Notes: generated by a model not told the origin, from the sequence alone. Counted from the stretch's first letter, positions 8,395 to 16,214 are shown. The stretch: 20,000 bases of DNA from an uncultured virus (IMG/VR IMGVR_UViG_3300042314_001037) (IMGVR_UViG_3300042314_001037), one strand, 5' to 3'. Translations and numbers: made by a program.

Positions 8395-9932
8395 CCTGCC
8401 AATACTTTCATCAAACGGCTTTGACGATCAATGCTTTCACGCTGTTCACGTCCTGCATCACCTAGGCCCCCTGCTGCTGGTTCAGCTGCATCAAAGTCGT
8501 CACCTGCAACTTCGTCGCCCATATCCATTCCTGGCTCGGCATTCATGGCGTCTGGTTCTGCAGGAGCTGCCATGTCTGCACCTGGCTCGCCGCCTAGCAT
8601 TTCAGCACTTTGTTCTTCGCCAGTAAGTGCTCTCACGCTGGAAGCTAGGGCCTCGCGAGTAGCTTTGAGATTTTCTAGTGCCGATTGGATAGCCGGAGCT
8701 GATGCAGATATAAACTGCTTGGCCTGCTCTTGTCCCATTTCGTCACGGATAGAATCGCCTAACTGTAATAGAGTATCGTTCTCCATACCAGAAAGTTCCT
8801 CGATCCAACGGCCAACTCTGTCAACCATTGTCTTTGCTGTGACAATCGCAGACGCTTGCTGGATTTCACCTTCTCTTAGATTACGCATATTATCTCCTGT
8901 ATTTTTTGATTCTGTTTCAATTGATTCTTTCATGTTGGCTTCAATCCATTGCATGACATCCCAAAGGTCATTGACCAGTTGATTAGGGCGGACTGGTTCG
9001 CCGCCACCACGTTCTGCCATTTTAGATTGTGCTCTAATTGCCGCTAGTAAATTAATTGCATCTTCTGCATTATTAATATACGCTTCATTCTGTAGACTTT
9101 CGCCTTGATTAAAAGTTCCATAGTCTTCATCGCCACCATGACCTGCTGATGCTAGGGCATATGCATCATCGGTGTCGCCGCCTTCGTCGTCTGATCCTTG
9201 TACAACATAACTAATTTCGGATTCTAGATCTTGAATATACGAATCTATATTGCGAAGTTCGCCGCCATCTTGATCGGAATAAGAATTCCAAATTTCATCG
9301 ATGGCAGACTCAATATCACCCTTGCTTAGAGCCGCCATAATTTTATCATAGTCGGGATCACCGTAGCCGCCAATTTCATTCATATCTTCGTCGAATTTCT
9401 TAAGAAGATCTACTACCGCTTGTTCGTCAAAGTTGCCACCTTCCGTCATACCTTCTTGTACTGGTTGGCCATTATCATATTGTCCAAATTGTCCAGCAGG
9501 GAAATCGCCTACTTCGTAATCTTCCGGATTAGGTGATTCAGTGTCAATCCATGCCTGTGCTTCGTCTGGACTATTAAAAGGACCGTGGTATGGATCACGT
9601 TGGCCAGAACGTGGTCCCAAGAGCATTACATAGAACGCTTGTGCTTCTTCTAGTTGTGTGTTGTCAACAATAGGCTCATCACGCTCTGCAAGTTCTGCAA
9701 CAATAGCATCGTGCATGAACTGTGCCTGTGTTAGAGCATCGTTTTCCACCGTTTCGTTGAAGTTAGAACTGCTACGGGCCGTGTAGATCTGTGTGCGTAG
9801 TTTATTACGTGCATCTTCCAGCTGTTCAACACTGAATGTTTCTAAGTTTAGTTTACGCCCAAAAGTTTTAGACAACGATTCATTTAGTCTTTTAGATGAT
9901 CTATTGAATGCAAAAAGGTCTGTTGTTTTCAT
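8391..9932 (-). CDS. large acidic protein, putative prohead core/scaffold or internal head protein
   Basis: 513 aa, strongly D/E-rich, many hydrophobic-x-E-(S/A/G) sites; TAAATA motif upstream (about 9959-9964); internal in-frame ATG at 8888 with ACAGGAGA RBS. Confidence 0.7.
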   Translation of the reverse strand: MKTTDLFAFNRSSKRLNESLSKTFGRKLNLETFSVEQLEDARNKLRTQIYTARSSSNFNETVENDALTQAQFMHDAIVAELAERDEPIVDNTQLEEAQAFYVMLLGPRSGQRDPYHGPFNSPDEAQAWIDTESPNPEDYEVGDFPAGQFGQYDNGQPVQEGMTEGGNFDEQAVVDLLKKFDEDMNEIGGYGDPDYDKIMAALSKGDIESAIDEIWNSYSDQDGGELRNIDSYIQDLESEISYVVQGSDDEGGDTDDAYALASAGHGGDEDYGTFNQGESLQNEAYINNAEDAINLLAAIRAQSKMAERGGGEPVRPNQLVNDLWDVMQWIEANMKESIETESKNTGDNMRNLREGEIQQASAIVTAKTMVDRVGRWIEELSGMENDTLLQLGDSIRDEMGQEQAKQFISASAPAIQSALENLKATREALASSVRALTGEEQSAEMLGGEPGADMAAPAEPDAMNAEPGMDMGDEVAGDDFDAAEPAAGGLGDAGREQRESIDRQSRLMKVLAG

Positions 9933-9965
9933 ATTAGTTAAGGTCCAGAATGATAGTATATTTAT

Positions 9966-10406
9966 TCATATGCAGGTCAATCGCTGCACAATGTTTTTGG
10001 CATTTATAGCTCGATCTCTGCTTTCACAGTATCTAGCCCATAACATGTCTGCACGGTTGTGATCATGTTTGAGCTGTGCTTTTTGATATTGAGCACGAAG
10101 CATTTGACTGTCATGGTACCAGCGGCCGTACTCCTGATCTGCCCTATGCAGCTTATCAGCGTGAATTGACAGTTTGTTTACAGCCAACATATTGGCCAAT
10201 CGTATGGCTGCTGCATTTAGGTAAATGTCTTTGTAAAGCCAGGTGTCATTATATCTAAGGTGTTTGACAATGCCTTCGCTGACAATGAGTACATCGCCCA
10301 CAAGGATTCCTTCTGCGACTTTAACTGGGAGAATTTGATGTTTTTCAATTAATCTTTGTTGTGCAGAACTAACTACTTGCTCTAAGCGTTTAGAAATGTT
10401 AGTCAT
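9966..10406 (-). CDS. hypothetical protein
   Basis: 146-aa ORF co-oriented with neighbours; TAAATA at 10428-10433. Confidence 0.75.
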   Translation of the reverse strand: MTNISKRLEQVVSSAQQRLIEKHQILPVKVAEGILVGDVLIVSEGIVKHLRYNDTWLYKDIYLNAAAIRLANMLAVNKLSIHADKLHRADQEYGRWYHDSQMLRAQYQKAQLKHDHNRADMLWARYCESRDRAINAKNIVQRLTCI

Positions 10407-10428
10407 AAAAAAAGGACCTATGGCCCTT
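10407..10428 (-). terminator. rho-independent terminator overlapped by a late promoter
   Basis: Minus strand AAGGGCC-ATA-GGTCCTT followed by a T run, directly before ATG 10406. Confidence 0.6.
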
Positions 10429-10448
10429 ATTTAATTGTATTCAACCTG

Positions 10449-10754
10449 TCACTTGAACAAGCTGGCAAATGTTGCAGAGTGGCCGGATAAAAAGCCCAAC
10501 ACTGCTATGCCGCCTGCTGTCATATAGATCCATTTTTGTTTGAAACGTTCTAATTCTGTAATTTTACTGGCCAATTGACTATGTTGTTCACAGCTTGCTC
10601 CGTACATGTCATCTAATTTGGCCATGACACTGTCGCGAGTCTTGTCTAGACAGTCGTGCATGTCTTTGACATCAACCTTGATCTCGTCTAATTTTTCGTC
10701 TAGGTTTGCTACCTTGGTCTCTACTACACCAAGTCGTTCTACGGTTGTGGCCAT
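10449..10754 (-). CDS. coiled-coil protein with C-terminal transmembrane helix (XhlA/holin-like architecture)
   Basis: Heptad ERLGVVETKVANLDEKLDEIKVDV; hydrophobic WIYMTAGGIAVLGFL near the C-terminus; AAGGA RBS; long 5' UTR from TAAATA at about 10848-10853. Confidence 0.65.
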   Translation of the reverse strand: MATTVERLGVVETKVANLDEKLDEIKVDVKDMHDCLDKTRDSVMAKLDDMYGASCEQHSQLASKITELERFKQKWIYMTAGGIAVLGFLSGHSATFASLFK

Positions 10755-10850
10755 TATGGCTGTTTCCTTTTATGTTAAGTCAAGTGCTCGCTCCGAGCCA
10801 TGTGCCTAAGTGTTCCGAAATGCCTAATGGTTTTGCCTGTTAAATTGTAT

Positions 10851-11255
10851 TTATCCCGCTTGTGTGATTTCGTATATCCAAATATTTGCACGATCACCTT
10901 TACTAATAAATGCTGCTGGATCTATATCAACTGAATTATTTAGTTGATTGGTTATAGGAACCCCATTGATATCGTCAATTAACAGGCCAACTGGGTCTTG
11001 ACCTTTGAGAAAAACACTATCACGTTCTGTATCAAAGTTCCAAGTCCAATAAGTAGCCTTACCTTCTAGGTCTCTTGGCAACTGTCCGGACTGTTGACTG
11101 GGGTCGGACAGAAAGGAAAAATTAGAACGCAGGCCAATTGCCTGTTGAAGAGCGTTGAAGTTGGCCTGTTGTCCTAATTTCAATTGATCAGTTTCATATC
11201 TACTAGCGTGAGTTCTAGTGATGTCTACGAGAGTAATAACTTGATAGCGTGCCAT
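10851..11255 (-). CDS. hypothetical protein (late, probably virion-related)
   Basis: 134-aa ORF; TAAATA-like motif about 10 nt upstream of the ATG. Confidence 0.75.
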   Translation of the reverse strand: MARYQVITLVDITRTHASRYETDQLKLGQQANFNALQQAIGLRSNFSFLSDPSQQSGQLPRDLEGKATYWTWNFDTERDSVFLKGQDPVGLLIDDINGVPITNQLNNSVDIDPAAFISKGDRANIWIYEITQAG

Positions 11256-11293
11256 AATGTGCTACTATTTACGCCTACGATTGACCAGCCAAC

Positions 11294-11316
11294 AAAAAAG
11301 CACCCGAAGGTGCTTT
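11294..11316 (-). terminator. rho-independent terminator with cUUCGg loop
   Basis: Minus strand AAAGCACC-TTCG-GGTGCTTT-TTT. Confidence 0.85.
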
Positions 11317-11345
11317 AGTGCTTCCCATCCCTGAGAATTAACTAA

Positions 11346-11711
11346 TTAGGTCTGTAGACCAACAAAAGTTGTTGGGTTAGTTACAGTCAATGTACCACCG
11401 CCTGTAAATGTCCAAACACCAGAAGATGTACGTGAACCTGCTGCAATGATACGGCCTAAACGGATTGCAACTGTGTCAACGTCAAGAGCGTGACCGTCAC
11501 CGATAAATGCTAGCTCAAGACCGTTGGCCTTGCCTTGCATCAATGCACCGGTAGTGCCGATTTCATCTGTCAATAGTGACATAGTTGCTGCGTTACGTGC
11601 TGTTGCATCGCCGCTGTTATTCAAAACACACTTAAACAGTTTTAGTTGTAGTGTAGATTGTAGTGTGCCCAATGCTACTGCTGTGGGGTTTACTCTTGTT
11701 GTTTCTGCCAT
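11346..11711 (-). CDS. small Thr/Gly/Ala-rich putative structural protein
   Basis: 121 aa; own perfect TATAAATA promoter, strong AAGGAG RBS and own terminator, typical of a highly expressed late gene. Confidence 0.7.
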   Translation of the reverse strand: MAETTRVNPTAVALGTLQSTLQLKLFKCVLNNSGDATARNAATMSLLTDEIGTTGALMQGKANGLELAFIGDGHALDVDTVAIRLGRIIAAGSRTSSGVWTFTGGGTLTVTNPTTFVGLQT

Positions 11712-11783
11712 GATGTTTTCTCCTTATCAATGATCCCGCTCCGGGACCGGCAATATATAAGAATCACCTTGATTCTTATACAG

Positions 11784-11791
11784 TATTTATA
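11784..11791 (-). promoter_or_regulatory. T4-type late promoter TATAAATA
   Basis: Exact match to the T4 gp55 consensus; the TAAATA core recurs upstream of many starts in the window. Confidence 0.7.
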
Positions 11792-11798
11792 TTGGATT

Positions 11799-11827
11799 GA
11801 AAAAATCACGCCGATACGGCTGATTTT
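11799..11827 (-). terminator. rho-independent terminator after the ligase-fold gene
   Basis: Minus strand AAAATCAGCCG-TAT-CGGCGTGATTTTTT (one bulge), overlapping the stop codon. Confidence 0.65.
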
Positions 11828-12926
11828 AGTCGGCTCTAAAAGGAGTCCAGCGGTCTCTAGGTACCAACTTTGAACCACCAGCAACATAGCCTTCCCCGCC
11901 GGGCTTGCCACCTGTTGTGGCTGTAATGTCACCTCCGGCAGCGTCTAACTCACGTATTACTTCATCTTTGGCTGCCATGATTTCACGCACCAGTTCAAAC
12001 AACTTGTCCATAACTCCTGGATGTTGTTCGCTGTGTGCTGTGATCTTGGCAGCTTTAGCAGGAGTTTTTTGCACAAAAGACATGAACGCTTCTGTGTTGA
12101 TGTTGTCCAATTGCTTGGCCTTTGATTGAGTGTTCACAAAGGTATAGATCTCACTCTGCAGATAGCCCATGCCTGCTACAGGAGCCAACAGGTTGTTTAT
12201 TGCCCGCTGATTTTTGGCCAATGCTTCTATCTTGCTGAGATTATCTGCTCCCACAGCAGGTCTGTAACTCACACTGGTGAGTCCAAACACCTTGAGTTCA
12301 GGGTTACCACTGAACTGCTCAACGTCATTGAAGTCTTCACCACTCTTGTCTCCAAAGTAACTGAACAGTTTGTGTGCTGCCACTGCCACTTTGGCCTTGG
12401 CCAACTGACGGCCAACTTCACTGCTGCCTGTCACGGAATAAGTGGTTTGATTAGGAGTGAATGATATTTTACCATCGCCACCTTTATAGGGTTTACCTGG
12501 ATGGAATAGAATATCTCCATAAACATAGCCACGGAATTCTGCAGGTGTTGCCTTTTCAAATATGGGCCACAGTGCGGCCATATCACTGGCAAATTTAGGA
12601 CGCCAGTCTTCACCTTTGCCACGACTCATGATAAACTGTTTTAATTCTTCTGGGTTAGAGCTTTTGCCTTCTTCACGTCCCCAGTTGTTCTTGCCTACCA
12701 TGCGGAAGGTGCCATCTTCTTCACGTCCCCAATAGACTGTGGGGTTGCCGTCCCACTTAATGGTAATACTGGTTTCTGGACTGGCTAAATCTTTTAGGAT
12801 CTGTATGGCTTTGACAGCACCATTGGCCTCTGTGAACACTAGATCTTCTAGGTGATTAAACTCACGGCCCACTTTCTTGGGTGCAGGAGCCGCTTCGTCT
12901 TCAATTAGGAATTCAAATGCTCTCAT
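11826..12926 (-). CDS. ATP-dependent ligase/RNA-ligase-fold nucleotidyltransferase (DUF6267-like, from recall)
   Basis: Start re-called at 12926 (MRAFEF; ATGA overlap), 366 aa. Motif I IKWDG (KxDG), III YVYGDILF, IV GEGYV, V SKLVPR; no OB-fold C-terminus. Confidence 0.7.
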   Translation of the reverse strand: MRAFEFLIEDEAAPAPKKVGREFNHLEDLVFTEANGAVKAIQILKDLASPETSITIKWDGNPTVYWGREEDGTFRMVGKNNWGREEGKSSNPEELKQFIMSRGKGEDWRPKFASDMAALWPIFEKATPAEFRGYVYGDILFHPGKPYKGGDGKISFTPNQTTYSVTGSSEVGRQLAKAKVAVAAHKLFSYFGDKSGEDFNDVEQFSGNPELKVFGLTSVSYRPAVGADNLSKIEALAKNQRAINNLLAPVAGMGYLQSEIYTFVNTQSKAKQLDNINTEAFMSFVQKTPAKAAKITAHSEQHPGVMDKLFELVREIMAAKDEVIRELDAAGGDITATTGGKPGGEGYVAGGSKLVPRDRWTPFRAD

Positions 12927-13732
12927 TTTGTAATGTTTATCATTCTGCGCATCCAACCTATTGTTCCAGGTTGATAGCTTTCAAAGGCTTCGTTCTTCGG
13001 CAATTCGATTCCTTGTTTGCCTAGTGTTTCTCTAGCACCTGCAACTAGCTCTTCGTAGTTGGGCAGTTTCTTGATATAATTGAGAATGGTGTCCACAGAA
13101 CGAATGTCTTTGACCGTGGCTGATTGTCCCAATAGCTGCTTGCTGATCACATTCCAATCGTTGCCGTCAGGTAACAGTTCGTCTGTGGTAGCGTTTAGTA
13201 AACCATGTTTGGGACTGTACTTCATGCCTCTAGCACGGGCAATTGAACTCAATACAATGTGGCGGTGCTCTCCACGGTACTCACCCTGTCCACCGATCAT
13301 GCTACCTTGTTGAAACTTGGGATTTGCGGAAAACATAAAGTCAGCTTGCACAAACCCATTGGCAGCATCACCGTTGATAGGAGTTTTCCAATGCACATTA
13401 TCTCCGCTGAGCTTGACATTTTCTTTGCCAAACTGTGCTATCAATTTGTCGGCAAAGGCTCTTTTGTCTACTTCATTGGCATCCACTGAAAGATCTAGAT
13501 CCCCGGAACTGTTGCGCTCAAAGGTGCCATCTGGATCTTCTTTGCGGCCTGTGGTGCCCAACCATTTCACCGGTTTTTTGTCATCTGCGTGTTTTTCTTT
13601 GGTAAAGTCCAGGCCTGTGATCTTTTCGATATACAGGACCGTCGACTCAACGTCGCCTGTGGCGATGCGTTGCGTTAGTGATTTTTTATCGGCGTCCTTG
13701 AATACATTACCGCCTTCAAATAGCTTATTCAT
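12923..13732 (-). CDS. Pol-beta superfamily nucleotidyltransferase (PolX-like core)
   Basis: LGTTG...SGDLDLSVD (G[ST]..DxD), third Asp in VQADFM; IARARGMKYSPKHGL resembles the PolX A...G..L...GL thumb motif. Confidence 0.7.
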   Translation of the reverse strand: MNKLFEGGNVFKDADKKSLTQRIATGDVESTVLYIEKITGLDFTKEKHADDKKPVKWLGTTGRKEDPDGTFERNSSGDLDLSVDANEVDKRAFADKLIAQFGKENVKLSGDNVHWKTPINGDAANGFVQADFMFSANPKFQQGSMIGGQGEYRGEHRHIVLSSIARARGMKYSPKHGLLNATTDELLPDGNDWNVISKQLLGQSATVKDIRSVDTILNYIKKLPNYEELVAGARETLGKQGIELPKNEAFESYQPGTIGWMRRMINITK

Positions 13733-14012
13733 TGTTGTTAGATTCTTCTAGTTTTCTTTTGGCCTTACGCGATTCTGCCAATCTTCGTACACCGCGGGTA
13801 AATTTACTGGGATCTTGTCCTTTGATAGCATTGATCAATCGACGCTCTAATTCGTCAGCACTTTCAGCGTCATAATGCTTGTGTATGCTTTCCAACAGAT
13901 TAATAGCGGAATTAATGATGTTGGTGGCACGGCTTTCGATCAACGAATCCGTATTGCGTACTTCGGCAATTTCATTGAGTTCCTGCAGAATTGATCTGGT
14001 ACGAAGTTTCAT
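13725..14012 (-). CDS. helical hypothetical protein, first gene of the three-gene unit
   Basis: 95 aa; TAAATA (about 14031-14036) and AGGA RBS upstream; 8-nt overlap with the next gene. Confidence 0.75.
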   Translation of the reverse strand: MKLRTRSILQELNEIAEVRNTDSLIESRATNIINSAINLLESIHKHYDAESADELERRLINAIKGQDPSKFTRGVRRLAESRKAKRKLEESNNNE

Positions 14013-14143
14013 AAATTGTTTCCTATCATGTATTTAACTCATTTTAAACAATTATAACATTGTACTGAAAAATGCGCGATTGCACAAGAGCTGGATAAAT
14101 AACTCAGTAGAAACCATGAGTACTACAACACAGAGAGAACAAT

Positions 14144-14320
14144 ATGAAATACTTATCAAGCAGGATGCTGGCTATATTGGAACGATTAGCAGAAATGTTC
14201 CCAGGATCCAATTACCAAAGCCGCTTAGACGCTTATCTAAGCACCAAAGGCATTACCGATGCCGCACAGTTGGAAAACTACATCCGACAATTCAATTCTC
14301 AAAAGGAAAGCTATCTATGA
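14144..14320 (+). CDS. small protein, DUF3563-like
   Basis: Manual call, 58 aa: MKYLSSRMLAILERLAEMFPGSNYQSRLDAYLSTKGITDAAQLENYIRQFNSQKESYL; GAGAGA RBS; TAAATA at 14096-14101; DAYL..TD..QLE..IR resembles DUF3563. Confidence 0.6.
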   Translation: MKYLSSRMLAILERLAEMFPGSNYQSRLDAYLSTKGITDAAQLENYIRQFNSQKESYL

Positions 14321-14439
14321 AATCATTTTTAAACGCATTATACGAAATCGGCCTAAGTATTGGACAGGCTCGCGCCGCTGCGGCAATGGCTCGTGCAGGC
14401 ATGCACAAAGAAGCTAGAGACATAATGTTAGCCAAATAA
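14317..14439 (+). CDS. small amphipathic helical protein (40 aa)
   Basis: MKSFLNALYEIGLSIGQARAAAAMARAGMHKEARDIMLAK; AAGGA RBS; ATGA overlap with the preceding gene (track start 14080 rejected). Confidence 0.6.
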   Translation: MKSFLNALYEIGLSIGQARAAAAMARAGMHKEARDIMLAK

Positions 14440-14457
14440 ATTCCGATAAATATTGGC

Positions 14458-15033
14458 ATGAACTTGGTGTACATACACGGTGCTAATGCCACCAGCGAAA
14501 GCTTCAATTATATCAGAAGTAAATTAGGTCAAGGTATCGATATCAATTACGACAGTCGTAACGGGTTCGAAAACAACCTAAAAGACATGCAGGCAACACT
14601 AAAAGATTATAAAGATCTAGTATTTGTTGCACACAGTCTAGGTGGTATCTACAGCCTACACTTAGCCAACTGTATTCCGGAATCTGTTAACGGTGCTATT
14701 ACACTTAGTACTCCGTATGGGGGCGCCGAAGTAGCGGACTATGCTCAATACTTTTTGCCTTTTAGCAGACTAATGCGAGACATTGGTCCTAGTTCGTGGG
14801 TTATGAAGCAAGCTAGCCGTATTAAAATACAGCACCCGTGGACTAACATTGTGACTGTAAAAGGACAAAGTCCTTTTATGCACGAGCCCAATGACGGGGT
14901 TGTGACCATTGCTAGCCAGAAACATCATAAGGATATGGAACTAGTGGAAGTCCAATACAACCACTACGAAGTAGTGCTTAGTGATGAAGTGGTAACCCTT
15001 ATCAAGGAACGAGTAAAAAAGTTCAGAAAATAA
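14458..15033 (+). CDS. alpha/beta hydrolase (lipase/esterase-like)
   Basis: IHG oxyanion motif, AHSLGG nucleophile elbow, LSTPYGG, NDGVV (Asp), NH (His); TAAATA 5 nt upstream of the ATG. Confidence 0.9.
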   Translation: MNLVYIHGANATSESFNYIRSKLGQGIDINYDSRNGFENNLKDMQATLKDYKDLVFVAHSLGGIYSLHLANCIPESVNGAITLSTPYGGAEVADYAQYFLPFSRLMRDIGPSSWVMKQASRIKIQHPWTNIVTVKGQSPFMHEPNDGVVTIASQKHHKDMELVEVQYNHYEVVLSDEVVTLIKERVKKFRK

Positions 15034-15034
15034 G

Positions 15035-15063
15035 TTGCTTTTTTGTCTCTAGGCATATATAAT
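15035..15063 (+). promoter_or_regulatory. sigma70-like promoter
   Basis: TTGCTT-17 nt-TATAAT. Confidence 0.55.
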
Positions 15064-15123
15064 AAACTAACAGCGAAAAAGAAGTAGTTGTTAGCAACAG
15101 ACATTAACACACAGGAGATTATT

Positions 15124-15396
15124 ATGTCAGAAATTTTTACAGCACCAAAGCTACCAGAAGTTAAATTCAATAAAAACGGTTATGAAATCCGTACAGATAT
15201 CTTGGGCATGGCTAAAAGCCTAGTGCAAGACGACTTTCAATCTAAGTTTGCAGGTTGGGAAATGACAGCTACTCGTGATGAGAAGACTGGTCAAATTGTT
15301 AGCACAGTTCAAATGCCAGAGTTTCCAGGTTTAGATAAAGTATTAGAGACCGCCGAAAAAATGTACGCATTTGTTAATGCAGGCGTAAAGAAATAA
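15124..15396 (+). CDS. conserved phage hypothetical protein (90 aa)
   Basis: Start re-called at ATG 15124 after ACAGGAG RBS; YEIRTDIL.MAK...P..VLE.AEKMY.FV pattern. Confidence 0.75.
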   Translation: MSEIFTAPKLPEVKFNKNGYEIRTDILGMAKSLVQDDFQSKFAGWEMTATRDEKTGQIVSTVQMPEFPGLDKVLETAEKMYAFVNAGVKK

Positions 15397-15430
15397 TATT
15401 ACGCTCATAGAGCAAAAATATATAGTGGTA

Positions 15431-15462
15431 AAAAGAAAAGCACCTTCGGGTGCTTTTTCTTT
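15431..15462. terminator. bidirectional terminator with cUUCGg loop
   Basis: AAAAGAAAAGCACC-TTCG-GGTGCTTTTTCTTT between convergent genes; 20-nt core identical to the terminator at 11297-11316. Confidence 0.85.
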
Positions 15463-16165
15463 ATGCTCTAACTGTTGCTAATTTAAAGAACCGCAGTATA
15501 CAGATATACATCCAGCCAATATCGAACTCCCACCAACGTTGACTAAACTTAGCATTGGCTCCGTCTGCATGATGCCCGTTGTGTAGCTCCTCGCCGCCTA
15601 TCCAGAAAGCCCAGGGTATTAAATTCTTCGAAGTGTCGTTGGTTTCAACATTTCGATATCCCCACCAATGGCTGAGTCCGTTGATAACTCCAGCTGCCCA
15701 TATTGGAATCCAAATCATTTGAATACCCCACACCACTAAACCTATAGGGCCAAAAAGAACAAGGTCTATGACCAACATTAAAAGAATCCCTAAGCGGCTG
15801 TGCGGGGTATAAAGTTTACGCTCGATCCAGTCATTAGGTGTGCCTGTGCTCAACTGATCGATCATTGCGGTATCTTTGCTAGCCTTGTGATATAAGAATG
15901 CTCCGCCAAATAGCACACGCCAAATTCCGTATATTTGGGGACTATGCGGATCGCCCTCTTGATCACTCTTCTGGTGATGTTTGCGATGGATGGCTACCCA
16001 TTGTTTGGTCACCATACCGGTTGATAACCATAGCCAAAAGCGCATTAGATGTGCCAGGATTGGGTGAAATTGTACTGCTCTGTGTGCTTGACTTCTATGT
16101 AGGTATAGAGTGACACAGGCTATGGTAATTTGAACCATTACCAAGGTTGCGATTATTATATTCAT
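15461..16165 (-). CDS. membrane-bound fatty acid (delta-9-type) desaturase, DesA-like
   Basis: Three His boxes HRSQAH, HRKHH, HNGHH; GDPHSP; HWWGYRN; WWEFDIGW; TM segments. Confidence 0.93.
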   Translation of the reverse strand: MNIIIATLVMVQITIACVTLYLHRSQAHRAVQFHPILAHLMRFWLWLSTGMVTKQWVAIHRKHHQKSDQEGDPHSPQIYGIWRVLFGGAFLYHKASKDTAMIDQLSTGTPNDWIERKLYTPHSRLGILLMLVIDLVLFGPIGLVVWGIQMIWIPIWAAGVINGLSHWWGYRNVETNDTSKNLIPWAFWIGGEELHNGHHADGANAKFSQRWWEFDIGWMYICILRFFKLATVRA

Positions 16166-16180
16166 ATTTTACTTAGCCCG

Positions 16181-16209
16181 TTGACACAAGGGTTAAAGTA
16201 TGTTATAAT
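16181..16209 (+). promoter_or_regulatory. consensus sigma70 promoter with extended -10, leaderless
   Basis: TTGACA-17 nt-TATAAT with TG extension; ATG 5 nt after the -10 box, no SD. Confidence 0.8.
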
Positions 16210-16214
16210 ACAGT

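Noticed and set aside
8431..8982. 183-aa plus-strand ORF and other antisense ORFs
   Set aside because: Ser/Ala-rich mirror of the sense codon bias; no RBS or recognisable motifs
14080..14439. 119-aa ORF from the track
   Set aside because: TTG start lies upstream of the promoter motif; better explained by two RBS-bearing ORFs (14144-14320, 14317-14439)
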